Shown: positions 9,099-19,089 of the stretch, one piece after another
Layout: every line of letters begins with the position of its first letter
Numbering within the stretch: the stretch's first letter is position 1
Notes under the pieces: generated by a model
What the model was told of the DNA's origin: nothing
Seen by the model: the letters and a program-made list of their open reading frames with translations, nothing else
The model's database searches: none
Program-made: the position numbers and the translations under genes
Source of the DNA: Kiritimatiellia bacterium
GTDB taxonomy: Bacteria > Verrucomicrobiota > Kiritimatiellia > JAAZAB01
NCBI GenBank assembly: GCA_040767085.1
Contig: JAXGPF010000003.1
Coordinates: 448,001-512,000, forward strand
Reading direction: 5' to 3'
Length of the DNA stretch: 64,000 nucleotides

Positions 9099-9170
9099 AT
9101 GAAGAGATTGCTGGTTGCATTTGTGGCGCTGGGTGTGGGGTTAATAGACCATACGTATCACGCTGTTTAA
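9099..9170 (+). pseudogene. Truncated second cassette ORF (signal-peptide stub)
   Basis: MKRLLVAFVALGVGLIDHTYHAV* begins 25 nt after the attC; no second attC follows. Confidence 0.4.
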
Positions 9171-9203
9171 CAAGTGGTTGTGTTATTCATCTAGGGGTAG
9201 ATC

Positions 9204-12200
9204 GTGGTTGATGAATTGATTAGCCAATTTTCGCCGGCGGCGTTCAGTGAATGGTGCCGGGAGAAGTTCGATCGCTTTACAGCCGACCCCCATACGGCGT
9301 CAGATGCCGGTGATTTCGCCCAAGCCGAAATCGTAGGCTATGTTCAGTCTCTGCCAGACGGAGAGGCGAATCGTCCCCTGCTGGTCATGGCCATCCATGC
9401 CGGAGAGCAGATCAATGAACGCTCCAGCCGCCGCCGGCAGTTCGACTTTGCCCGCAAACAACTCCAAGCCGCCATTGATAAGCCCCCCGCCAAGGTGAAG
9501 GGGCTGTTCACCCAAGGTCTGTTTGCCTTCTATGACAATGCCGGCGCCTTCCGTCTTAGTCTCGTCTCCGGGCGCGCGGATGGGAAAAGGCTTGGATACA
9601 GCGATTTCAAGCGCCAGTCTTTTTTTGTCACGGTGAACCGGAACAAGACCTTCCGCTCCCGGATGAAGTCACCCTTTGGCACCTACCAAGACCTTGCCGA
9701 AGCCTTCTCCGTTGAGGCCCTGACCAAGGAGTTCTACAATCGCCTTTTCGCCTGGTATGAACGCGCCATGGCGCCTGAATCCAAGATTACCTTTCCCAAT
9801 GACCTGGCTCGGGATGACGATGACCGCAACCTGCTCGCCGAGCATCTCATCCGCCTCATCACCCGCCTGATGTTCGTCTGGTTCATACGGCAGAAAAATC
9901 TGGTGCCGCCAACTCTCTTCGACGTTGCCGCGCTCAAACAGATCCTCAAGGATTTCAATCCGCTCTCATCAAAACAGGACAACTACTACCGTGCCATCCT
10001 TCAAAATCTCTTTTTCGCAACGCTGAACTGCGAGATCGTGGAACGCAAGTTTGCGCCGGAAGTGCATTGGCCAAAAAGCAAGGAACACTTTGGCATTAAG
10101 CTGCTCTATCGCTATCCCAAGGAGTTTGCATGTCCCGAAAAGGATGTTATCAGACTTTTTAGTAAAGTTCCCTTCCTCAACGGCGGCCTTTTCGAGTGCT
10201 TGGATAAGGATAATGATTACCAGGACGGCTTCAGCCGCAACGACAAGCGGCGCGCGCACATCCCCAATGCCCTTTTCTTCGATGACACGGGACTGATTAC
10301 CCTCTTCTCCCTTTATGATTTCACTGTGGATGAAAACGCTCCTAATGATGCCGACGTTGCCCTCGATCCCGAACTGCTCGGCAAAGTTTTCGAAAACCTG
10401 CTGGGAGCCTACAACCCGGAGACGCAGGATACCGCCCGTAAACAGAGCGGCTCCTTCTATACTCCCCGCGAGATTGTCAACTATATGGTGGACGAGAGTC
10501 TCGTCGCCCATCTTCGGACGCAAGTTCCCGAGGTGGAGGAATCCGCGATTCGCCTCCTGTTGGGCGAGGAAAATCTGCCCGACCTTCCCGAATCCATACG
10601 TCGCAAACTGGTCGAAGCCCTCTACCATTGCCGTATTCTCGACCCCGCCTGTGGCTCGGGCGCCTTTCCGATGGGACTCCTGCTCAAGATGGTGCACCTG
10701 CTTCAACGCCTTGACCCAAAAAACACTCTCTGGCACGAGGTGGTCATGGCGGAAACCGAGCGGGCGCTGGCCGCGGCCGAGACTCTGAGCGACCAGGAGA
10801 AAACCGAACGCCGCAAGCGCATTACCGACAGTTTTGAACAAAGCGTCAACGAACCCGATTACGCCCGCAAGCTCTACCTGATAGAGAATTGTATCTTCGG
10901 CGTGGACATCCAGTCAATCGCCGTCCAGATAGCCAAACTCCGCGCCTTTATCACACTGGTATGCGACCAGACGCCCACCGCGGATGCCGGCAAGAACTAC
11001 GGCATGCTCCCGCTGCCGAACCTGGAAACCAAGTTCGTCGCCGCCAACTCTCTAATCGGCTTAGCGTCCGATTTCGCGGACGGACTCAAGTCAGCCGATG
11101 GCATCAGCCTCTTGAACGATGACGTGCTGCACCGCCTGCGCGCGGAACTCGCCGATGTCCGCCACCGGCATTTTCGGGCGCGCACCGCCCCGGAAAAGAA
11201 CAAATGCCGCAAGCTGGACGACGATCTGCGCGGCAAGATCAAAACGCGCCTCGTCGAGCTTGCCAGCAAGCCGGACGCCGAGAAGATCGCCCTATGGCGG
11301 ACTGAAATCGAAAAATTCCAGCAGCAGCGCCAGGCCGTCGAAAAGGAAGACTGGCGGGACGTCGTCCAGGCCAAGCCCACGCAAGGCGACATGTTCGAGC
11401 AAGCGCCGCCGCCGGTCCAAACCGTGCTGCGGCTGGATGTGAACAAGGAACAGCGGGATCGGATTGATAGCGACATCCGCCGCCTTACCCGCTCCATCGA
11501 GGCCGAGGAATACCGGGCCAGGAACAAGAGCGCCTTCCAGAAGGAGGCCGATAGGCTGGCTTCTTGGGATCCCTACGACCAGAACGCATCGTCTCCATTT
11601 TTTGATCCGCAGTGGATGTTTGACGTTAGAAGCGGCTTTGACATCGTCATCGGCAACCCGCCTTATGGTTTTCGGAGCGTCCTGTCCAAGGACGACAAAG
11701 TGTATTATCGCAAGGTAGAAGGCATCACGTTCCCGTCTGGAGACAGCGCAGAATTATTTGTGATCAAGACATTAAAAAACCATGTTGGCGCCGTTGGATC
11801 TCTCACATTCATCATCCCGAAGAAATCTCTTTACGGGGAATCTTGGTCTAATATCAGGCAAGTGTGGTTAACTAATAGTCTTGGGTTCCTGATGGACGCA
11901 AGCCAAGCGTTTGAAAACGTTCTGCTCGAACAAGTCGCTTTTTTGATTTCCAAGAATCGGTCGCAAGCGCATCCTGTTACGATTGGATGCCTCGATAATA
12001 CGCAGAAAAGGATTCATGTATTCGGTTCTTTCACGCGTGAGCGCATTTTGTCAACAGACGGGAGAAACGCACAGATATATAGGGGGCTCTATCCTGTGTC
12101 ATTGCTCGAAAAGATAAAATCAAGGTCTGTTGAAGACACGCGGACAATTCTCAAGGCAGAAATCGGCATATCGAATATCACACAAGATCTAACACTCTCT

Positions 12201-12869
12201 CCAAATGGCAATTACCCTTGTTTGAAAGGTATTGATCTTTTGCGGTATGGCGTTAAGCCAACAGTGCGTTACTTGCGCGGCAAAGTGGCGCAAGAGTACA
12301 TTAAGGAATACTCACACCAAAAAATCGTCTCACAGAAAATTGTGGCGCATCTTACGAAACCTATGCCACATATCCTTCTTGCACTCACGTGGGACACAGA
12401 GAAACGCCTGCTACATGATACGTGCGTCGAAATCCGAGTGTTGGACGATCGGTTAAAGAGTCTCTTTGTTCTTGCCTATCTGCAATCCGCTTTCATTTCA
12501 TGGTACGCATACAATCTTGTATACAATCGTGCATGTCGAACGATGGACTTCATCAACTACTACGTAACTCAACTTCCATTTCCCCAGATTGTCCTTGATA
12601 ATCCTATGGTGCAAAATCCCATAGTTGATTTGGCGCATAAAATAATTGTTGCCAAGAAAGCGGATTTCTGCGCTGATACTTCAAAAGATGAAATCAAAAT
12701 CAACGTTCTCGTTTACAAACTATATGGCCTGATAGACAAAGAGATTGCGATTGTGGAAGGGCGGGAGGCCAGCACAAAACGGCCGGCCTACGCCGCCAAA
12801 CCTGCCAAGCCGTCCGCCACCCGCAAGCCCCGAAAGAGCGTAATGGTTGACGATCCGGGCCTGGCGTGA
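9204..12869 (+). CDS. Type IIG / Eco57I-like restriction-modification protein (N6-adenine methyltransferase with C-terminal TRD)
   Basis: PFLNGGLF, DPELLGKVFENLL, RKQSGSFYTPREIV, motif I ILDPACGSGAF, IFGVDI, motif IV FDIVIGNPPY; TaqI-like tail INVLVYKLYGL. Confidence 0.9.
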   Translation: MVDELISQFSPAAFSEWCREKFDRFTADPHTASDAGDFAQAEIVGYVQSLPDGEANRPLLVMAIHAGEQINERSSRRRQFDFARKQLQAAIDKPPAKVKGLFTQGLFAFYDNAGAFRLSLVSGRADGKRLGYSDFKRQSFFVTVNRNKTFRSRMKSPFGTYQDLAEAFSVEALTKEFYNRLFAWYERAMAPESKITFPNDLARDDDDRNLLAEHLIRLITRLMFVWFIRQKNLVPPTLFDVAALKQILKDFNPLSSKQDNYYRAILQNLFFATLNCEIVERKFAPEVHWPKSKEHFGIKLLYRYPKEFACPEKDVIRLFSKVPFLNGGLFECLDKDNDYQDGFSRNDKRRAHIPNALFFDDTGLITLFSLYDFTVDENAPNDADVALDPELLGKVFENLLGAYNPETQDTARKQSGSFYTPREIVNYMVDESLVAHLRTQVPEVEESAIRLLLGEENLPDLPESIRRKLVEALYHCRILDPACGSGAFPMGLLLKMVHLLQRLDPKNTLWHEVVMAETERALAAAETLSDQEKTERRKRITDSFEQSVNEPDYARKLYLIENCIFGVDIQSIAVQIAKLRAFITLVCDQTPTADAGKNYGMLPLPNLETKFVAANSLIGLASDFADGLKSADGISLLNDDVLHRLRAELADVRHRHFRARTAPEKNKCRKLDDDLRGKIKTRLVELASKPDAEKIALWRTEIEKFQQQRQAVEKEDWRDVVQAKPTQGDMFEQAPPPVQTVLRLDVNKEQRDRIDSDIRRLTRSIEAEEYRARNKSAFQKEADRLASWDPYDQNASSPFFDPQWMFDVRSGFDIVIGNPPYGFRSVLSKDDKVYYRKVEGITFPSGDSAELFVIKTLKNHVGAVGSLTFIIPKKSLYGESWSNIRQVWLTNSLGFLMDASQAFENVLLEQVAFLISKNRSQAHPVTIGCLDNTQKRIHVFGSFTRERILSTDGRNAQIYRGLYPVSLLEKIKSRSVEDTRTILKAEIGISNITQDLTLSPNGNYPCLKGIDLLRYGVKPTVRYLRGKVAQEYIKEYSHQKIVSQKIVAHLTKPMPHILLALTWDTEKRLLHDTCVEIRVLDDRLKSLFVLAYLQSAFISWYAYNLVYNRACRTMDFINYYVTQLPFPQIVLDNPMVQNPIVDLAHKIIVAKKADFCADTSKDEIKINVLVYKLYGLIDKEIAIVEGREASTKRPAYAAKPAKPSATRKPRKSVMVDDPGLA

Positions 12870-12926
12870 TCCGGCCTTGCGGAACGACGAGGATGGGGAT
12901 AGAATGCGGGCATACGGAGAAAAATT

Positions 12927-13265
12927 ATGAGTGCGCCAAGCATATCGGATTCCATTCACAGTTACGTCAGACAACTGGTTAAGCACTTCAACCCGCAAAC
13001 CGTGCTTTTGTTCGGTTCCCAAGCCACGGGAACATCAGACGCGGACAGCGACGTTGATCTTCTGGTGGTCATGGAGCACGACAAGAAGCGCGATGTCGAG
13101 CAAGAGATCGAAATTGATCGGACGCTTTCGCGCCCATTTCCACTGGATATCCTGGTCCGCAGGCCGGTGGAGGTGCGCCGGCGGTTGGCGGCGCGCGACA
13201 TGGCTCTGACCACCATGTTCAAAACAGGAAAGAGGCTGTATGAACGTTCGCCACATCACGCTTGA
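12927..13265 (+). CDS. Minimal nucleotidyltransferase (MNT antitoxin)
   Basis: LLFGSQATG...DSDVDLLVV motif; 112 aa. Confidence 0.9.
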   Translation: MSAPSISDSIHSYVRQLVKHFNPQTVLLFGSQATGTSDADSDVDLLVVMEHDKKRDVEQEIEIDRTLSRPFPLDILVRRPVEVRRRLAARDMALTTMFKTGKRLYERSPHHA

Positions 13266-13641
13266 GTGGGTCGGGAAGGCGGAGGAGGATGCCGCCGTTG
13301 CCGAGCGCGAGAACCGTGTGCGCAAGCATTTTTCGCCGGGAACGGTCTGCTATCATGCCCAGCAGTGTATCGAGAAATACCTTAAGGCGGTCTTGCAGAA
13401 ACTGGCGCGACCCATCCCGAAGACGCATGATCTCTACATACTTCTCGGTCTTTGCGGCGTGGATCGTTTCGGGGCCGCCGTTGATCGGGACGGGCTTGTC
13501 AGTTTGACGCGGTACGCCACGCGTTTCCGTTATCCTGGAGAATCCGCAACAAAGGACGATGCGAAACTGGCTATCCTACTTATGCGCCGATATCGTAAAG
13601 CGCTCCGCGAACATCTGGATTTGCAGGACAACAAGTCCTGA
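13240..13641 (+). CDS. HEPN domain protein (partner of the MNT)
   Basis: CYHAQQCIEKYLKA...PKTHDL...RYP; overlaps the MNT gene. Confidence 0.9.
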   Translation: MNVRHITLEWVGKAEEDAAVAERENRVRKHFSPGTVCYHAQQCIEKYLKAVLQKLARPIPKTHDLYILLGLCGVDRFGAAVDRDGLVSLTRYATRFRYPGESATKDDAKLAILLMRRYRKALREHLDLQDNKS

Positions 13642-13666
13642 TTGTCAGAAGGTTTGGACTCCACCT

Positions 13667-16600
13667 ATGCCCACGAACCTCTTCATCACCAATGGCGCAA
13701 GCGGCAACCTGGGCCAGCGCCTGCGCGAACTGATCTCAACGAGCCGGGAGATGCGGGCGCTGGTGGGCTTTTTCTATTTCTCCGGCGTCAAGGTGCTTTA
13801 TGAAGCATTGCGGGCCAACCCAACCATCAAATTGCGTGTGCTGGTGGGAATGGAAGCCGAAGAACACTGCGGTCAATTGCAGGAACTGGTGCTATCCTGT
13901 GGCGAAAAGAGCCGGGGCGAGACTCAGGATGCCTATGTGGACAATCTGCGCCGCGCGCTACGTTTCGCATCCCTGGATAAACAATCCTTTCATGAAAGAA
14001 TCGGCGCTTTTGTCGAGCTTGTCCGCGAAGGCCGCCTGGTCATCCGCAAGACGCGGGAGCCCAATCACGCGAAACTCTACCTGTTCGACATCGCCGAGCC
14101 CTACTGCAAGGTGAAACCGGGCGTATGGATCAGCGGCAGCAGCAATCTCACGCTGCCCGGCCTGGAGTCGCAGGGAGAGCTGAACCTTGACCTATCGGAC
14201 TTTGGCTTTGCCGAGGCCGGTGCTTATTTCGACGAACTCTGGCGCGACGCGGTTCCACTCACTGAAAACGAGAACGTGCGGCAGAGGATTCTCTCCCTGA
14301 TCGACCGCGCCTCTATCGTTTCTCCTGTCACTCCGTTTGAGGCATACATGCTGGTCCTGAAGAACTACGTGGAGCACCGCATGCTGGCGGACCACGGAGG
14401 CCGGATGAACCGCATTCTGGAAGACGCCGGTTATATCCGGTACACCTACCAGGTGGACGCCGTGAATCAGGCCATTGCCACGCTGGACGGCTATAACGGC
14501 GTCATCGTGGCCGATGTAGTAGGCCTCGGCAAAACCATCATCGCCTGCCTGATTGCCCGTTTGCGCGGCCGCCGCGGCATTGTTATTGCTCCGCCTGGCC
14601 TGATAGGTGATCGCAACGCTACCACTGGCTGGCGCGCCTATCTGCGAGAGTTTAAACTTCATGACTGGGAAGTGCGTTCCTGCGGTAGCCTGGATGAAAT
14701 CCGCGCCTACGTCGAACGCGACGCAACCTTCCGCACTGTGATCGTGGATGAGGCCCATCGCTTTCGCAACCAGAACACCGAAGACTATGACGACCTTTTG
14801 CAGACATGCCGCGGCAAAGAGGTGATCCTGCTCACCGCCACGCCTTTCAACAATCGTCCCGCCGACCTGCTCTCGCTCCTGAAACTCTTTTTGCCGCCGA
14901 AGAATTGCCCGCTAGTCCTTGATGGCAACATGGAGGCCGATTTCAGGGACTACAACGAGATTTTCCGCATGATTGGCTTCGTGTTGAAGAACATGAAGAC
15001 TGCCGAAAAGTATGATGAAGTCTGCCGGATGCTTGAACGACTCCACATCGCCTTGACGCCTGAAGCAGGGAACTACAAGAAGATTAAGGAAGCGCTCGGC
15101 AAGCGCTCAGCCGACGTTGCCCGCAAGATGCGCGCTATCATTGAACCGGTCACCATCCGCCGTAACCGCCTCGACCTCAAGGGCAACCCGGACTATGCCA
15201 GGGAGATCACGACACTTTCAAACGTGCGCCCCCCGGCCGAGCAATTCTACTTCCTGTCCAAAAAACAGAGCGATTTCTACGATCGGGTCATCTCCGAATA
15301 CTTCGGTCCCAACGGCCGGTTCCACGGCTCTATCTACCGCCCCGTGCAGTACGATACCTCGGATGACCGGGAAGAAGCCCAGCAGATCAACATGTTCGCA
15401 TTTATGCGCGGCCTCTTTGTGCGCCGCTTCGAAAGTTCCTTCGGCGCCTTCGCCAGGAGCCTGGAAAATGCAATCACCATGCATGAGAAGGTCGAGGAAT
15501 TCGCAAAGGACACCGGCACGTTGCTTGTAAACCGCACCTTGATGGACAAGATTCTTATGGAGGAAGATGATCGGAAACAGGAAGAACTCCTGCAAGAGAT
15601 GATCCGTAATCTTAAGAAAGGCGAAACCCCTGGCCACCAACAGGTCTATCATCTCGACCAACACTTCGATAAAGAGCGTTTCTTCCGCGACCTCAAGGCG
15701 GACATCAAACTCCTTCGCGTCGTCAAGGAGGAGATGAAGGACTTAAACCTTGAGATGCACGACCCCAAAGCCCAACGCATCATTGAGATTCTAAAATCTG
15801 TTCTCGCCCACACCTGTAAGGAAATCACCGGAAAACAGCAGCGCAAGGTACTGATCTTCAGCGAATACGCCGACACTGTAGATCACCTGCAAGGCTATCT
15901 CGATATCGCCCTGCCCAGTAAAGTCCTGGTGGTGAACGACCGACTTTCACGCGAGATGGACCGCACGGTCAAGGCCAACTTCGATGCTTCCTTGCCGGAT
16001 GCCGAGCAGGAGGACGAATTTCAAATCCTGCTCTCCACCGACCGCATGAGTGAAGGTTACAATCTCAATCGCGCCGGCCTGGTCATTAATTACGACATTC
16101 CCTGGAACCCCACCCGCGTCATCCAGCGTGTGGGCCGTATCAACCGCATCGGCAAAAAGGTCTACGAAAACCTGTACATTTTCAACTTCTTCCCCACCGA
16201 GCAGGGCGCGGACATCCACCGCAGCCGGCAGATTGCCGGCGAGAAGATGTTCCTGATCCACTCGACCATTGGCGAGGACGTGCAGATCCTGGCCCCGGAC
16301 GAGGAACCCACAGCCGCTGGGCTCTTCCAGAAGGTCAACGCCGACGCCGAAGAACAGGAAGGCGAGAGTTTCCTTACAAAGGCTCAGCGGGAACTGAAAC
16401 GGCTCTCCCAGCGCCACCCGGAAATACTGGAGCGTATCGCCCAACTCCCCCCGCGAGTCAAGACAGCCTCCAAACACCCACCGGAAGGCGTGTATTTTTT
16501 CAAACGCCGCGGCGCGGCCCTGTTTGCCCTGCTGCACAACGCCGATGCCGTCATCCCCGTTACTATCGAAGAAGGCATCGAGGCGATCCGTTGCGAACCG

Positions 16601-17026
16601 GCCGAACCGCGCGTCGAATTCGCTTCAGACTTTTGGTCAAAGTATGGAGCGCTCTGCACCTACACGCGCGCCGCGCAACAGGAAACACCCGCCACACAAG
16701 GGTGGGTGGCCCGCGCCCGAAATCAACTCTTGTCATTACTCGCCACGGCCCCAGAAACCCGCCGGCAGTTCCTCGAGTTGCTCATAGAAGACATCCAGTA
16801 CTATGGCACCTTGTCCGAGCGTACGTTACGCAAGATCGCTAAACCGGACATCACTGATCCAGATGGTCTTCGCGAGATCGAAAAGCTCCTGGACGCACTG
16901 AAAGGCGAACTCGGTCCCGACTACCTTTCGATTTACAAGAAGGTGGGGGTTGAGGACCAAGTGATTATAACCATCGAACAACAAGGCAGGATTACAGAAC
17001 CTCCTACACAAGGGATTCCCACTTAA
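13667..17026 (+). CDS. PLD-family nuclease fused to a SNF2-like helicase
   Basis: NHAKLYLFD...SGSSNLT (PLD nuclease motif), ADVVGLGKT (Walker A), VDEAH, LLTATP, SEGYNL, NPTRVIQRVGRINRIG. Confidence 0.9.
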   Translation: MPTNLFITNGASGNLGQRLRELISTSREMRALVGFFYFSGVKVLYEALRANPTIKLRVLVGMEAEEHCGQLQELVLSCGEKSRGETQDAYVDNLRRALRFASLDKQSFHERIGAFVELVREGRLVIRKTREPNHAKLYLFDIAEPYCKVKPGVWISGSSNLTLPGLESQGELNLDLSDFGFAEAGAYFDELWRDAVPLTENENVRQRILSLIDRASIVSPVTPFEAYMLVLKNYVEHRMLADHGGRMNRILEDAGYIRYTYQVDAVNQAIATLDGYNGVIVADVVGLGKTIIACLIARLRGRRGIVIAPPGLIGDRNATTGWRAYLREFKLHDWEVRSCGSLDEIRAYVERDATFRTVIVDEAHRFRNQNTEDYDDLLQTCRGKEVILLTATPFNNRPADLLSLLKLFLPPKNCPLVLDGNMEADFRDYNEIFRMIGFVLKNMKTAEKYDEVCRMLERLHIALTPEAGNYKKIKEALGKRSADVARKMRAIIEPVTIRRNRLDLKGNPDYAREITTLSNVRPPAEQFYFLSKKQSDFYDRVISEYFGPNGRFHGSIYRPVQYDTSDDREEAQQINMFAFMRGLFVRRFESSFGAFARSLENAITMHEKVEEFAKDTGTLLVNRTLMDKILMEEDDRKQEELLQEMIRNLKKGETPGHQQVYHLDQHFDKERFFRDLKADIKLLRVVKEEMKDLNLEMHDPKAQRIIEILKSVLAHTCKEITGKQQRKVLIFSEYADTVDHLQGYLDIALPSKVLVVNDRLSREMDRTVKANFDASLPDAEQEDEFQILLSTDRMSEGYNLNRAGLVINYDIPWNPTRVIQRVGRINRIGKKVYENLYIFNFFPTEQGADIHRSRQIAGEKMFLIHSTIGEDVQILAPDEEPTAAGLFQKVNADAEEQEGESFLTKAQRELKRLSQRHPEILERIAQLPPRVKTASKHPPEGVYFFKRRGAALFALLHNADAVIPVTIEEGIEAIRCEPAEPRVEFASDFWSKYGALCTYTRAAQQETPATQGWVARARNQLLSLLATAPETRRQFLELLIEDIQYYGTLSERTLRKIAKPDITDPDGLREIEKLLDALKGELGPDYLSIYKKVGVEDQVIITIEQQGRITEPPTQGIPT

Positions 17027-17043
17027 CAAGAAAGGACACCTGC

Positions 17044-17193
17044 GTGAAGCATTTTCTTTCCCTTCTGAAGTCACGCGACATCTCTAAGTCCCCCAAGGAA
17101 GACATCCGCGTCATTGGCATAGACCTTGGCACCACCATCTCAACGGTTTCGGAATTCCTCTGGAAAGCCGGTCAAGCCAGCATATATAATTGA
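17044..17193 (+). pseudogene. 5' stub of an Hsp70/DnaK-like gene
   Basis: AAAGGA SD, GTG start, MKHFLSLLKSRDISKSPKEDIRVIGIDLGTTISTVSEF...IYN* (49 aa). IGIDLGTT is the Hsp70 phosphate-1 motif. Confidence 0.7.
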
Positions 17194-17361
17194 TAATAAA
17201 CGGTTTGAGATCATCATCCGGCGGTATTCACAACTTAAAAGTTGTTTTTTTACCTGAAATCAGATTTGTAAGCAACGGGCGGTTCGCGCACAATCCATGC
17301 GGATTCCTGACATGTTATCGGGATTTCGTGCTTGCAGCGGTTTTACCATAAGCAGCTTACA

Positions 17362-18351
17362 TTACTCTTCGATATTCCGCGCCCCGCCATCACGCGCGGC
17401 TTCCGCCACGCGGACGGCACACAAGCCATCCTGCAAATCCGGGGCGGCAGCCGAGCCGGAACGCAGCATTTCCAGAAAGGCCGCGGTCTCGCCCAGTGTG
17501 CCGGTCTTTTCATAAAACGGCATATCTTCCGGCGCCTGCCATTCCAGGCTGATTTTTTTGCTTTCCCAGATCGTCAGCTTTCCTTGCTCCACATCCAGCC
17601 GCACATGATAATTTCGCCCGAATACCTCATAAGATTCTTCATAATTGCCGGCGTCGAAGCCCATGACGCAAAACCCGACCGCGCCGTTATCGAATTCCAG
17701 GCGCACGCCGGCATTGTTCATTCTTTCCGGAGCGCGGTTGGAAGACACCGCCATCACCCGCGCCGGCGCCGCGAGCGACATGACCGTGTCATACACATGA
17801 ATCCCGGTTGAATACATGTTTTCCGGTTCCACGCGGCTGTTGCGGACAATGCGCCCCAGTATTAACTCCGGCGGCCGCTGCTCCCGCGCGCCGGCCAGCC
17901 AGTTTTGCGCCCGGGCCATGGCCGGGCCGAACCGCCGGTTGAACGACACCATGTTTTTCACGCCGCGGCGTTTGGCGATTTCCGCCAGTGCGGCAGTTTC
18001 GGCGGCCGACCAGCCCGGCGGCTTTTCGATCAGCGCGTTGAATCCGCGTTCCATGACGTCGCCGCCAATCGGCCGCAGCAGTTTCGGTCCGACGATCACC
18101 AGCACGCCATCCGGCTTTTCCCGCTCCAGCATTTCGACATAATCGGCATCAATCCGGGCAAACCCGAAATCCGCGGCGTATTTTGACGCGCGCGCGGCGT
18201 CCAGGTCGCAGACCGACGCCAGTTCCACGAACGCGGGCTGATCATATCGGATGCGCGCCAGCGCCTGCCCGTGAAACTGGGAATGCCCGCCCGCGCCGAT
18301 CACGCAGATGCGCAAGGGGTGATGACTGTCACGTTTATCGGCCTGGTTCAT
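17362..18351 (-). CDS. Gfo/Idh/MocA family oxidoreductase
   Basis: ICVIGAG Rossmann motif, LIEKP, SFNRRF, GIHVYD. Confidence 0.92.
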   Translation of the reverse strand: MNQADKRDSHHPLRICVIGAGGHSQFHGQALARIRYDQPAFVELASVCDLDAARASKYAADFGFARIDADYVEMLEREKPDGVLVIVGPKLLRPIGGDVMERGFNALIEKPPGWSAAETAALAEIAKRRGVKNMVSFNRRFGPAMARAQNWLAGAREQRPPELILGRIVRNSRVEPENMYSTGIHVYDTVMSLAAPARVMAVSSNRAPERMNNAGVRLEFDNGAVGFCVMGFDAGNYEESYEVFGRNYHVRLDVEQGKLTIWESKKISLEWQAPEDMPFYEKTGTLGETAAFLEMLRSGSAAAPDLQDGLCAVRVAEAARDGGARNIEE

Positions 18352-18656
18352 TTTCGGGTAACACTTTTCCGGTAAAATCGTCCGGTGTTTCCCGCAAAAT
18401 CACCATTCGTTTATGCGGGTTGTTCAGGCTGTGGACTGCCAAGCTCCGCCGGGAGCGCTGCCGCCATTCCCCCCGAACCCCGCGTTTCTCAACCTGTTTT
18501 TTTGAAAGACAATTCCCCCAAAAAACTGGCGTAAGAATAACCGCATTGGACGTCCGCTGTCAAAGTAAAAAAAACGCGGAAAACCAGGGGGGAGTAATTC
18601 GTTGATATTCAATCGGTTACGACAAGAAGAAAAATTTAATATTTTTTAGAAAAATG

Positions 18657-18685
18657 TTGACGCCGCGGCGTTTTTTTTGTATCTT
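18657..18685 (+). promoter_or_regulatory. Putative sigma70 promoter
   Basis: TTGACG-17 bp-TATCTT with an AT-rich upstream tract; AAAGGAG SD and ATG at 18728 follow. Confidence 0.5.
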
Positions 18686-19089
18686 GCGTGTCTTGTTGTA
18701 ATAATCTAATCAGAAAGGAGTTGCCCCATGTCCGCTACACACATCGCCGAATCGAAACCAAAATCCCCGCGCCATGGCAACGGCGCATTCTGCCAGGCAC
18801 CATCACTTCTCATTTTGCAAACTGTGTCCAGTGCGGTAACCCATGCCATACGTAAATTCTCGATTCCGCCATTACCAACGACTTTCTTCTAAAGCACAAA
18901 GGCGTCGAGCAATAAGGAGCGCACGTGCGAAAACATGGGAAGCGCAGCCCGCCGGTGCCGGATATCGAAGTTAACCGTTCAGGGATTCGGGTATCTGAAA
19001 AAGTTCCGTCATAAGGATTGCCGTGAAAACAAAATCACCGGCGGCGCAGTCAACAGGATGTTCTGCCGCCGGCTGCGATCGAATTATCC

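Noticed and set aside
9204-17026. DISARM or BREX assignment
   Set aside because: No DrmA/DrmB (DUF1998), PglZ or BrxC genes are present.
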